Shown: piece by piece, positions 51,570 through 64,000 of the stretch
How positions within the stretch are numbered: the stretch's first letter is position 1
How the letters are laid out: the number at the start of each line of letters is the position of its first letter
Origin: Eledone cirrhosa
Lineage: Eukaryota
Assembly: GCA_964016885.1 (NCBI GenBank)
Contig: OZ024743.1
Coordinates: 38,688,001-38,752,000, forward strand
DNA: 64,000 nt
Reading direction: 5' to 3'
Notes under the pieces: model-generated
What the model was told of the DNA's origin: nothing
The model's input: the letters and a program-made list of their open reading frames with translations, nothing else
The model's database searches: none
Program-made: the position numbers and the translations under genes

Positions 51570-51712
51570 TGTCGCAAGTGTAGTGTTTGTACCAGAGTTT
51601 TCAAGTCGCTGACTGGACTAAACAGTCACACTCGTTCAGCGCATCGGTAGGGGTTCTCCTACATGGATATAAATTAGTGGCCGTACTCGAAAACGAGTTG
51701 GCAGCCACTATA
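51570..51712 (+). mobile_element. 3' end of an RTE-like LINE (C2H2 finger, stop codon, terminal hairpin)
   Basis: CSVCTRVFKSLTGLNSHTRSAHR* followed by the hairpin TAGTGGC..ACTCG-aaaa-CGAGT..GCCACTA, running into (TA)n. Confidence 0.6.
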
Positions 51713-51734
51713 TATATGTATATCTACGTATACA

Positions 51735-51771
<37 letters not shown>

Positions 51772-51796
51772 GTAATAAACAACATAAGGCAATTAT

Positions 51797-51854
51797 TCCA
51801 TTTACCAGTGGTTTCTTAAACGCAAAAAGTGTTGCTTTCAATCCTCAGAATGAA
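51797..51854 (-). ncRNA. Type I hammerhead (copies at 52701-52759 with a GUG triplet, and at 54695-54751)
   Basis: TTCATT-CTGAGGA-TTGAAaGCAA..TTGCgTTTAA-GAAA-CC(act)GG-TA-AATGGA. Confidence 0.78.
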
Positions 51855-52018
51855 AAAAATCTTGGTCTGTTTATATAATTTGGATTCTATAAACAAAAAT
51901 GCAATCTATATGAAAGTGGGGCTGGAGAAAGAAGAAGTATAGGAAATATAAAGTAAAACAACACATGCAAACAGACACACACAAACACACGCACACACAC
52001 ACATAAAAGCATACATAC

Positions 52019-52058
<40 letters not shown>

Positions 52059-52253
52059 ATACACTCATACATACACACACACATATACACCTATATATGT
52101 GTATATAAATACACAAATACACATACATATACATATACATACGCACATAAATATCAACACATCCATACATACACATATACAACCACACACACATATATAC
52201 ACACATATATATACAGAAATATAAATATACATATATATATATATATATATATA

Positions 52254-52301
<48 letters not shown>

Positions 52302-52515
52302 CATACACATACATATCCATACACACATACATGCACACAATCATACCTATATACACACGTCCATACATACACATACATAAATGCGTACATATGCATGTAC
52401 AAAATTAGAAAAATATAAACACCTCTACATATTCACACACACACACACATACATAGATATACAATTATACACATACAAATACGTACATATCACAAACACG
52501 CAAAACCAAATACAA

Positions 52516-52602
<87 letters not shown>

Positions 52603-52792
52603 TATATGTGTGTGTGTAAAACTCAATCTTAGATAATTAATATGAACCTTATATATACATATATATAGTAGTAATGTAATAAACAACATAAGGCAATTAT
52701 TCCATTCACCACTGGTTTCTTAAGAGCAAAAACATTTTGCCTTCAATCCTCAGAATGAAAAAAAAATGGTATATCTACATATACATATATAT

Positions 52793-52888
<96 letters not shown>

Positions 52889-54091
52889 GTGTGTGTGTAC
52901 ACATACATATACATACACATACATTTTGGTATGTGAAGGGGAAGCAAACATAATATATGGGGGGGGGGAATACATAGGAAAAGGTGAAATATAAAGGGAG
53001 ATAAGGGAGAAAAAAAATACAAGAGTACAGAACGTGGATTCAGCAAATAAATAAACCGAAGCAGAAGTAAAGAGCAGAAAAGGAGTTCAAGGCGGTTGAT
53101 TTATCATAGGAGTGTCAATCCAGTTACACATCAGATGTGATTTGAGATGAGGACAACATCTGAAGATCTCAGTCTTTGTGTTTAGGCAAGCAGAAGTGGC
53201 TCTCAAATTTAGCAAAATCCTATATTTTTCTGTGGTACACAAAGAACAATTCTTTTTGCCCCTTTGGTACTCCCTCGAATGGTCTAAGATAGACCAATCG
53301 ATAGAGTACGGGATGTTACTATCCTTGAATTCCCACACCTTACTTGTGAGAGCCGTTGATGTTCGTTTATCGGAGTGCTTAAAAGAAAAGACATATGGCA
53401 AAATCTGGTTTTAAACCTGTCCTGGGTCATACCGACATATCGCTCACTCTTGGCTGGCTGGTTGTTGATTACCGATGTTATTTTAGCCTGTAAAATAACA
53501 CCGGTAATCAACAACCAGCCAGTCAGGAGTGAGTGATATGTCGGTATGACCCAGGACAGGTTTAAAACCAGATTTTACACACGTGTCGCTTCTTTTAAGC
53601 ACCCCGATAAACGAACATAAACGGCCCTCGCAAGTAAGGTGTAGGAATTCAAGGATAGTAACATCCCGTACTCTATCGATTGGTCTATCTTAGACCATTC
53701 GTGGGAGTACCAAAGGGGCACAAAGAATTGTTCTTTGTGTACCGAAGAAAAATATAGGATTTTGCTAAACATGAGAGCCACTTCTTCTTGCCTAAACTCA
53801 AAGACTGAGATCTTCAGATGTTGTCCTCATCTGAAATCACGTCTGATCTATAACTGGATTGACACTCCTATAATAAATCAACCGCCTTGAAGTCCTTATC
53901 TGCTCTTTACTTCTGCTACGGTCGTTTTATTTGCTGAATCCACGTTCTGTACTCTTGTATTTTTTTTGTCCCTTATCTCCCCTTATATTTCACCTTTTCC
54001 TATGTCTGCCCCCCCCCCCCCCTCCCACCCATATATTCTTTTTGTCTTCCCATTCACATACCAAAATGTATGTGTATGTATATGTATGTGT

Positions 54092-54156
<65 letters not shown>

Positions 54157-54351
54157 ATGTTTATTATAAACATACAGAATATTTTCGAATATTCTATGTC
54201 TATATTCACATATATATCGCTATTTCAGAGCATTTATTCCAATTTCTAATTTCTGCCGGACCGGCAACCGCTCTTTCAAACCAGTTCCTGTACACGGCTA
54301 AGTATTCTATAAGTCTCTAGCTGTGTCATTCTCGATAAAAGCACTGGATAT

Positions 54352-54394
54352 GTAGTCCTGATGATTTCTAACAAGAATGAAACGCGTAGATTAC
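54352..54394 (+). ncRNA. Hammerhead in a nested copy of the 310-bp family (about 54156-54520)
   Basis: GTAGTC-CTGATGA-t-TTCT(aaca)AGAA-t-GAAA-CGCG-TA-GATTAC. Confidence 0.85.
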
Positions 54395-54847
54395 TTCCCT
54401 TGCTTTTATCGAGAATCTAATTGTAATACGTGACGTATTCTATTCTATGGCGATTAGGTCTTCAAAATGTTTATTATAAACATACAGAATATTTTCGAAT
54501 ATTCTATGTCTATATTCACATATATATATATATATATATATATGTGTGTATGTATGCTTTTGTGTGTATGTGTGTGTGTTTGCATGTGTGGTTTTATTTT
54601 ATTTTTCCTTTCCTTCTTCTTTCTCCAGCCTCACTTTCATATAGATTGCATTGTTGTTTTTAGAATCCAAATTCAATAAACAGACCAGGATTGTTTCTTT
54701 CTGAGGATTCAAAGCAAATTATTTGCTTTTAAGAAACCACTGGTAAATGGAATAATTGCCTTCATGTTGTTTATTATATAACTATTAAGCTCTGTTACCT
54801 ACATAGAGCACTATTTTTTCCTGGACTTTTCCGACGGAATTACTTCA

Positions 54848-54894
<47 letters not shown>

Positions 54895-54900
<6 letters not shown>

Positions 54901-55263
54901 TGAGGGGAGGGTTCTTTTACAAAATGAAAAATAACCGGTGTCCTACACGAGTGGAAGTATAAGGAAAAACGATGAAATCGGAAATGCAATTGTAGTCTTT
55001 TTTTAAAAAATAAAATATGATTTTGGGGTTCCTTTACTGGTTTCGCTGTTCTTCTACTTTTCAAAAGTAGAGTTGAGATGGAGGGTCTGTGGTTTTTCTC
55101 ACATCTATGAGTAAAAAATGTGAGAAAAACCACAGACCCTCCAACTCAACTCTACTTTTGAAAAGCAGAACAACAGCGAAACAGACAAAGGAACCAAATA
55201 AATATATATATATTTAAAAAAAAAAGACTCCAGTTGCATTTTCGCTTTCATATTTGTTCCTTA

Positions 55264-55265
<2 letters not shown>
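54895..55265. mobile_element. Foldback pLTR pair of the same family as 8446-8812, with decayed TTGAAAA hammerheads (55031-55068 minus, 55154-55191 plus)
   Basis: Inverted arms centred near 55110; sequence homology to 8446-8812. Confidence 0.85.
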
Positions 55266-55310
<45 letters not shown>

Positions 55311-55450
55311 CCGTCTGCTTGAGTTCTTAATTCAATTTGTGTACGGAACTTATTCCATTGCTCATAATTTGAATTTGACCGCCATAAACAGAGGTTAGCT
55401 GCCTTTAGAGTCATATGTGCTCTCACAACCGGACTGGTGTCAGAACAAAA

Positions 55451-55585
55451 GCCTGTTGACAAAGTAAATCCACTGTTCGATCTTCCAGAAACTTAACATG
55501 CATACACTGCAAACGGACTTTGTTGATTTACAGATTTACAGAAACCTAACTGAGATATCACAAAATATCGAAGTGATGGCCAGGT
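55451..55585 (+). ncRNA. Extended U3:A8 hammerhead (UUGACAA) with a damaged cleavage site
   Basis: GCCTG-TTGACAA-a-GTAAATC..GATTTAC-a-GAAA-CC..GG-C-CAGGT. The U of GUC appears deleted. Confidence 0.6.
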
Positions 55586-55588
55586 TTG

Positions 55589-55627
<39 letters not shown>

Positions 55628-55630
<3 letters not shown>

Positions 55631-56603
55631 ATTAATAAAAGGCCTCGGTCGCACCCGAACTACACCGAAACTCAGCGCCGAAGGATCGGTTCGGGATACA
55701 TTTACAGCTGACGATGGAAACTCCTTTCTTCATTTCCCCTCCTGTTCCGTCCTAACCACCATCCTAAACCTTGTTTTTAGTAACCACACAGCTCCTTTCG
55801 TTTCATATATTTTTGTATTTACCGCTGTGACCTTACCTGCTTTGGTCTATGTGTGTACCCTCCACACTTTCGCATCGACTCTCCTTTCTCTCTTCCTTTC
55901 TCCCCCTTACTCTCGTTTTTTTCTCTATCCCTCTCTCTCTATCCATCAGTTCGGTTTTGATTGTTGACATGTTTACACGTGCCGTGATGGCCTCTCTGTC
56001 CGCAATCATTGCGGCACGATTTTACAACCGTCGTAAAACAACCCTTCTGGATTATCTCCCTTTCCCTTCTCCTCCTCACTTTTGGTTGCACGTGTCTCTC
56101 TCTCACTTTCCCCTGTCTATACGAGGGGCAGAACGATCATACCAGCTCTGAGACGTAGCTGACCACCAGGCTAAAGTCTCCCAGGTTGGCCACAACTTAC
56201 TTTCCTTATTTTTCCACGGTTACATGTTTGCATGTTTCTTTTACCTGTGTCTTCCAACGATGGGATCCTCACACTTTTTTGTTCTATTCCTTTCCTATTT
56301 TTACCCTTCTTCATCTCTCCTAATCCCCCCCCCCCCCTGTTCTTCCTCCTTTCCCTCTCTTTTCTTTTTCTCTTTCCCTTTTTTCTCTCTTTCACTCTCT
56401 TTTTCCACCTGGCCTTTTGATTAATAAAAGGCCTCGGGCGCTTCCAAACTACACCGATGTCCTGTAATTCAGTGCCGAAACATCGGTTCGGGATACATTT
56501 ACAGCTGACGATGGAAACTCCGTTCTTCTTTCTCCTCCTGTTCCGTCCTAACCACCATGCTAAACCTTCTTTTTAGTAACCACACAGCTCCTTTCGTTTC
56601 ATA
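55628..56603 (+). mobile_element. Non-coding element bounded by about 180-bp direct repeats (55628-55807, 56417-56603); pLTR-like
   Basis: Diverged direct repeats, a pyrimidine-rich interior and (TA)n flanks. Confidence 0.6.
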
Positions 56604-56607
56604 ACTT

Positions 56608-56639
<32 letters not shown>

Positions 56640-56644
<5 letters not shown>

Positions 56645-56835
56645 CGAAGGAAATGTCGTAAGGAACCAGATGGACCATAACGCACCAAAGTATTCAATAT
56701 TTAGTGTAGTAGAGTGGGTAATAAGAACACGTATAGCACCGACGGCAGAGCTCAAGCCGTGTCGACGACTAATTGTGGACTGAATTAGCCGTCGAAAAAC
56801 GACTTGAGCTCTGCCGTCGGGGTCATACTTGTTGC

Positions 56836-56873
<38 letters not shown>

Positions 56874-57278
56874 GTATAGGATTATCCTGGATGCAGTAAT
56901 GGTTAATTACTCACTGGATAGAGTTGACGTACGTTGAGGGGTTACTCAACGAGTTATGGAAGAATAGTTGAAGAAACTCAGTTCCTGATTTTTCTGTATT
57001 CCGGAGCGTAGATAAAGAATGAATAATAACAGGTAGACATGATAAAAAGGTAATAAATCACCTTTTTATGATGTTTACCTGTTATTATTCATTCTTTATA
57101 TATATATATATATATAGGAACGAGTAAAACCCCGACGGCTGAGCTCACAACGTCGAAACGGCTAGAGCTCAGCCGTCGGGGTTTTACTCGTTCCTATTAC
57201 CCACTCTACTACCCTAGGTATTGAGTACTTTGGTGAGTTATGGTCCACCTGGTTTCTTACCACATTTCCTTCGTTATA
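56640..57278. mobile_element. Two foldback fragments of the Naiad pLTR family (56640-56837, 57114-57278)
   Basis: Homologous to 4443-4582; each carries a short inverted copy. Another fragment lies at 50927-50985. Confidence 0.88.
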
Positions 57279-57495
57279 TATATATATATATATGTATTTA
57301 TTTCTCGCTAGTCACTTCTTTTGTTGCCACGGACTCCGCGGCTGAATTATCCGTCGCTATCTTCAATTTGCAAAGCCCTTTAAACTGTATGCTATTACTC
57401 GGAGGTGTTATACCTTGTCGAGTGCTTAGCTGCACTTCTGAATGCATTCGTCGGCTTAGCTGCGGCTCGATCTTCGATTATGCTGTACTTCCATT

Positions 57496-57551
<56 letters not shown>

Positions 57552-60231
57552 TATATACATATCTATATATATATATGTATATATGCATATATATGTATGT
57601 GTATGAATGTATACATACATAACTGCCTCCGTATTCTTTTGTGTGCGTGTGTTTCTCTGTGTGTGTCTGTGTTAATGTATAAAAAGTAGATGTATGTCTA
57701 AAATAAGCGGGTAAATGAAACATTTGTTCCCAAGATCACATTAGCTGAGAGAAATACTTCTTAATGTCGTTTGTTAGCAAAGGAACGTAGGAAAAATAAA
57801 AGAAAATATTACAACTGAAGCTAATCAGGATAACAAAAATAATGGTGATGAAAAGATATTTGTTGTTGTTGTTGCCAGTTCTTCAGTAATATATTGGGTC
57901 AAAGAACTAATAATTACTACATGAAAGTGAGACAATACTTTCTATCCATGTAATCACCACACAGTAAGGTGGGTGAAGGTGAATTCAGTAATGTTCCCGC
58001 TCATTCTCTAGCCAGACAGAATAACGACATTGCCAATTGATCGACAGAGAAACAATAATGTTGATGATGACGATGGAAGTGATGTTATGGTGGATAGTGC
58101 TTGTGACGGTTGTGGGTGCTGATAATGACTGTGGACTCCGCGATGATGTTTGTGTGAAGGAAGATGTATGTGATGTTGGGAAGAGGTATAATGATATAAT
58201 GTTGATAATGCTGGTGGCGATGACTCGTGATAGCGCTGATAATGATGAATATGTTGATGGCAATAGTAATGTGGAACATTATGCTAATAATCTTCGGCTG
58301 GAACGGAAATATAATTCATGTATAGTTTAATCTAGAAATAATACTAATGAAATATTTAGTGCAAACACCGCATCTCTATACAAAAACATGGGTTTCTAAA
58401 CTTTAAAATATTAAACGTGAGCTTCCCAATTTAGAAATACTGATTTACATTTAGCATAGACATATGGCATATTGACATCTCTCCTTTACATCCTTAGATG
58501 TAAATGCGTGTTAGTATCAAGGGATCGATTCTGAGTGTATGCAGTTGACAAAGATACTATATTTCATGTTGCTCTTGATGACTCAGTTGAAGTTAATGAA
58601 TTGCAGCTGTGGTTGAAAGGACCAGCATCGTCTCATAGCGTACCACACGGATTCATCTTTAGAATTATGGTCATGGATCCTTGGAATGTTCAGTGATTTG
58701 AACGTTAATTTCAGAAGGAGCGATGTCCTGTTGAACAAAAGAACTTGTGCAATCATGCTCGAATGCAACAGAAGCTCATGCCACAGAGTTTTGACCATGT
58801 AAAGAATAGTTTACTTTCTACTTATGGATTTGTATTTTACCGTTTATAATTCGAGGATTATACACGTATATACGGTCTCTTTATGTATAACAGTTTTTTT
58901 TAACTGTGATGTATTGATTGTATCTGAAGTGCATCTGAAAATGCTTTATGTCATAGTTAAAGCCATTTACTTCCAGATACCACCGAGGTTATATTTGGCT
59001 CTCATCCTTACGCAGGTCGATAAAATAGAGTATCAGTAACACACTGTGGTCTATTTAATATACTTTTCTCCTCCCCTTCTGCCTAAATCAGACAACATTA
59101 TGTATAAAACCTTTTGGCTGTATCGGTAGAGAGTCGGACACCATGCTTTGAAGCATAGAGTTACGTCTCTTTATGATCTGAGTTCAAATCCCGCCGAGGT
59201 TAACTTTGCCTTTCATCCTTTCGGGGTCGATAAAATAAAGTACCAGTAATGTACTGGGTAATTGCTGGCCTTGTGCCTAAAATAGAAACAATTATGTATA
59301 AAACCTTTGTCCTGCATTCTAACCCCTCCCAGTTTTTATGTTTTCATTTGACGAAATGAAATGCGGGATAATCTTAAAATAAGTAATTCATTCGAGAAAC
59401 ATTGTGGTGAAGTATTTTTGTGGGACCATCATCTATTGGCTGCCAGTGTATATACTATAACCTTCACCCAGCTTATTCTGTTCTTGTTGAAGAGAAACAT
59501 CATCCGGCCCCAACGTATAGTTTCTAATAGCTTAACAAAAGCTAACAAGAATTATTAATATACATAAAACCTTTGTGATCAGTTTTTATGATTATGTACA
59601 CACACACATACACACACACACACGCGCACACACAGACACACACACAAACACACACAACCGAACAGGAATACACACACACACACATACAAACCCACACCTT
59701 TAAAGATATGCCTGAAGTGTCGTAATTAAACGACTATTGCAGCATTACGAACCCTCCTGATCAAGAGCAGCAGAGAAATCATTGAACTGTGACCTTTTAT
59801 TCAAGTTCATGTATATCATGACAACTATTAGATATATTTTTAAAAAAAATCCCCCGTGCTTTTATGTTATTTCCCATCTCTTGTCAATACGTCTTGTCAT
59901 GAATATTTTCTATTAATGATAAACTATGCAATTTTTTTTCCTAACTAATTAATTTGACCTTTTAGCCACAGCTATGCATGAAGGAGTAAAAAAGATATTT
60001 GTTCTCACAGTAACTAAGATGACACTTCCGTTTTTATGGCTACTTCTAACGCATTTCAACTGGAATTACGAACATATTCATAAGGGTGTATTGTGTTCGC
60101 CATTCAGCATAAATATAAATATAGATTAAAATCATATATATATATATTTATATATATATATATATTTATACATCTCTCTATTTATATTTATACATATACG
60201 TATATATATAGTTATATGTATTTGTATATAT

Positions 60232-61210
60232 AACGCACCCACTTACACCACCCACCCCACACGCAACTAACATCACTAACACCCCCCAACCCCACGCACA
60301 CGTACCCACACACCCTCGTACACCACCAACTCTACAGACCCTACCACCACTAACCCCCACTCACACCTGCATTCAACCCTTTCTCCACCTCCCGTATACT
60401 AACACCCACTAACACCCCCTTCATCAAACTACACACACACCAGTACACCACACTCCCTCCATAGAACTACACACACCCTTCTCTCCCCACTCCACCCACA
60501 CTTTCGCTCCACACTCACTCATCCCACTAACACCTCTACTAATACACACACACACCCTCCTCACTCCAACTTTCACACCTACCCATCCTCGCCCCTTTAC
60601 CATTCCACCCGACTGCTGCTATGCCCTCTGACCACCTCCCAGCACAAACAGACACACAGCACTCACACCGCTTGACCCCTTCCTGTTGCACGCGCACCCC
60701 ACATCTCTCCCCTTCCGACCATCTCTTCAGGGAATACTCGTATGTGGAACTTGACCACCACGGAATCTACTAAACATCATAGAAATGTACCAACATTTCA
60801 ACCATGCTCTTACGGAATCACCTATATAACTCACCCACACACACACACCCAACAAATTATTTTCTCCCACACGCCACCTACACCCACAACACCCTTAAAC
60901 CCCACACACAAGTGCTTTCCACCACATATTTACACCCTCAGCCTCCTGATTCCTCTCCCCCCCCCTCTATCCACACACGCACAGACACTCCGACCTACAA
61001 CCCCCCCCACACTCACACACACACACCGATCTTCCTGAACATGTAACCCCGTTCTTCCCCCCAAACCTTACTTTCACATACACACACACACACGTACACC
61101 TACACACACACACCACCTTCAGCCCTCCCCTCTCGGACACCCCGTCTCCCTCTCCCCACTCCACCCGCCACCACTCCAACACACCCCACACCCTTCCACC
61201 ACCTGTTTTA
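60232..61210. repeat. C/A-rich low-complexity tract upstream of a hammerhead; probable PLE 3' region
   Basis: Strong C+A skew on the plus strand. Confidence 0.7.
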
Positions 61211-61387
61211 CCCCTTTTTAATTTCAGTTTATTTTGATCATGCTTTTATATTTATTTCATTCCTTTTATTTTGATCATGCTTTATTTTTACTTTTATTTT
61301 TAATTTCATTCGCACCGTTTCCTTTCGCTATATGTCTCTCCACCACTCCCCAACACACCCTTTGAACTCTGTTCCCACACACTTCTC

Positions 61388-61419
61388 ACCTGAGGAAGGG
61401 CTTATGCCCGAAACGTCGT
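61388..61419 (+). ncRNA. Minimal Penelope-type hammerhead
   Basis: AC-CTGAGGA-a-GGGC(ttat)GCCC-GAAA-CG-TC-GT, followed by AATAAA and then (TA)n. Confidence 0.75.
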
Positions 61420-61507
61420 TCCCGACCACCACCCCACTCTCCAGAGCGTGAAATTAATAAACATTCGTTGTACTGCTTCTCTGTTTTGTTCCTGTTCAAA
61501 TTTTTCC

Positions 61508-61597
<90 letters not shown>

Positions 61598-62789
61598 GGC
61601 GTATCTATATATATATATATAGATGGATAGATTTATACATATATATATATGTGTGTGTTTGTGTGTTTTGAGTAATATATTGATTTCTTAGGTGATCGTT
61701 CATTCTTAGTCCAGTCAAAAAAGATACTTAATACAGAGAAAGCAACGTGATTCTGGTAAGAAATAAATTGTAAATTAGGCACAATACCAGTATTTTTATT
61801 GGGCTGGCTGGGATCAGTTAAAGGGACACGCGTTCTTGGCTGGTACTTTATTGTTTTGACACCAGAAAGATGAAAATCAAAACTCTCTTCTGCGGGATTT
61901 GAACTCCAAACGTCTATAAATACTTAAATGAATTTTGTCCGATGATGTATTCGTTTTGTGTATTTATCATGCATGAACACTCTAATAGTGATTTCCAAAT
62001 ATCCAACAAATTGTGGAGAATTAAATCTATTATATCAACCCTCCGACGCTAATAGGCTCATTGTACTGGAAAGTATTATGCTCCCATTGGAGTCAAGTGA
62101 ATGAATGCAGGCATGAAAATGCCAGAATTTAGCAAGCTATATTCCTTAGGATTGTACTATTTACTTTATCCGGTGAGTAGCCAGGAGCAACGAGAGATGA
62201 ATCGTTTTGCTCAACGAACCGAACGTTTCAAGAAGCAAACACACAATCATCTGATAATGAACTCAACATACTGACCATTAGTTTAAATTTTTAGCTGTCT
62301 GAGGCTATTCAACTTACATCCGCAGTGAACAACCTAGCAAAGTAGAGCAATTCTCCGGATATCAAGAATGTCTGTTTCTTTATAGCAAATCTTCAAATAT
62401 ATATTTGTCCTCTGAAGATAACATAAATTTGACACTGCCTTCAATCAAGTAATTGCTTCTCATTAATATTTCTTCCCCGGTAAATTAAATTTACAGAACT
62501 GTTTTAACTTAAAAGAGACGACACTATACAATCTCTGTACGCTTGTATTTTTAAAAATAATTATGGAGCGAACATCTTGAATTTTATGGTCTCTTTAACA
62601 TGTTAATATCAAGTGGGTGTAAATGTTAACTCTTGACTTAAATATTACGAATATGAAGAATATTCACAATTTTTTTTAAATGGTGATTAGCTAAACGATC
62701 CACTGACAATGGTGATTTATATCTCTAGTTTAATACGATATTTTCTATTGGCCACAATCAATTTATCACGGCGCTGACGGGGTAAACGA

Positions 62790-62948
62790 TTTACGCTGGA
62801 AATTCATCACTCAAAATTCATTACGCGAAATTACACAACGTTAAATGCATTGACTGTAATTTCATCGCATAGTAATTACAGCGTGAGCCAACATATCGAC
62901 AGTAAATTCATCGTCATGACAAATTCAACGTCACTAATTTCATCATAC
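62790..62948. repeat. Degenerate tandem repeat of about 15 bp (AAATTCATCNC)
   Basis: Recurring AATTCA(T/A)C motif. Confidence 0.5.
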
Positions 62949-64000
62949 TATACACAGAAAATCAGGTATCTGTTTTTCAGCATTGTAAATGAAGAGGGGA
63001 AATAATACGTTCATAATTCCAGTGTTTTTACTTTTTGTTTATTATTTATGCGCATTTTCTGGTGTTGCAGTAGAAATATCTAATCTAGATATTTTGTTTG
63101 GCATTTCTAAATTAGGGAACAGTTGAAATACTTTCCCAATCTATTATAGTGAACATTTGTTAGTCAGAAAAACGAAACGCTCACCATGATATTTGAAGAT
63201 ATAAAGAAGTCTATATAATAAATCATACTAAAATAATCTACGGATAAATATGCATCATTAGCACACGGCTTGGGAAACTGATGCGAGAAATACTGCTTAT
63301 ATTGAAGCCACAAGACTGAAACATTAATTGTAACTTAGGCAAAGCACAATTTTATTCTTCCACAACCATATGCCGGATACTTTGGGGTTAGTTATCTGCA
63401 AGCCCGTTAAATGTGAATATACAATTATTGAGATTTTAAAAAAGCTTGCATATGTTAATATGGTGCTCTGTGAAAATATTACTAGATGTCAAACCAAAAT
63501 GGGGAGCAATGGAAGAAATATGACCCCGGTCTCTGAAAATTGCTAGCATATCGAAGTGGTGCAATCCAATAAATTCTACACAACATATGGTGTCTTAAAT
63601 GGTGCTGATTTACCCGTTGTCTATGTTGTAATGATCAGAAGAATAAAAGAGACAACAATATGTTCTCAAAGTGAAATCGTTACAATCAACATTAGCATTA
63701 AACTAATTGTGACCATTTTCGAAAGAGCTGTCTGTAATGTTACAATTGAATTACACTACTTGTATTCTTCGGGCTTTCCGTGCCCTAGATTCAAAACCCG
63801 ATTAGGTTAAATTTAACTTTCCTCCTTTTGAGATCGATAAATAAAGTACCACACCATAACCACAGGATAAGTGACATTGTTAAAGAATACGACGGGTTGT
63901 CTTTTCAAGCTACGTTCGATTTGAGATCAAATTGTGCTAGCTATTGCCGGTGAGTCTGCTGGCAGAAATTGCAACCGACAAATAGTAGACCAACCCTTCA

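Larger units (their letters stand above)
51772..54850. mobile_element. Head-to-head palindrome of two 5'-truncated Naiad-type PLE 3' ends, centred near 53488
   Basis: GIY-YIG remnants (YVGMTQDRFKTR, CSLC..EK, EIFRCCPH) at 53087-53485 (minus) and 53491-53890 (plus), with mirrored UTRs. HHRs at 51797-51854 (minus), 52701-52759 (minus) and 54695-54751 (plus). Confidence 0.85.

Noticed and set aside
55700-56545. CTGACGA-TG-GAAA in the 180-bp direct repeats as a hammerhead
   Set aside because: No helix II or helix III pairing and no proper cleavage triplet could be drawn.
58037-58798. Short ORFs in the distal unique region as host genes
   Set aside because: One derives from degenerate (GAT)n low-complexity sequence, and the others show no recognisable domain.

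Overview
This window is eukaryotic, AT-rich and dominated by repeats. The SINE families, giant (TA)n arrays and 200-N gap suggest a cephalopod/octopus-like assembly (inference). No host protein-coding gene is supported, and the many Ile/Tyr ORFs are translations of (TA)n. Segments 1-39.4 kb and 50.2-57.5 kb are nests of retroelements embedded in (TA)n. They contain a near full-length Naiad-type Penelope-like element (PLE; 4445-8216, minus strand), GIY-YIG fragments of other PLEs, a Tx1/L1-clade LINE, pieces of a CR1/L2-group LINE, and three near-perfect tandem arrays (469, 310 and 616 bp units). By manual folding I found about 30 hammerhead ribozyme (HHR) motifs from about 15 sequence families. 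Every complete unit of the three arrays carries one, so the arrays look like retrozymes (non-autonomous, ribozyme-bearing PLE dependants). Main finding: four families with different flanks and helix sequences use the variant core UUGANAA (C3U plus G8A, which keeps the 3-8 base pair) instead of CUGANGA. Three of the four also have greatly extended helices II/III, and two have an A.A mismatch closing helix II. Searches requiring CUGANGA would miss them. All folds are by eye and activity is untested.
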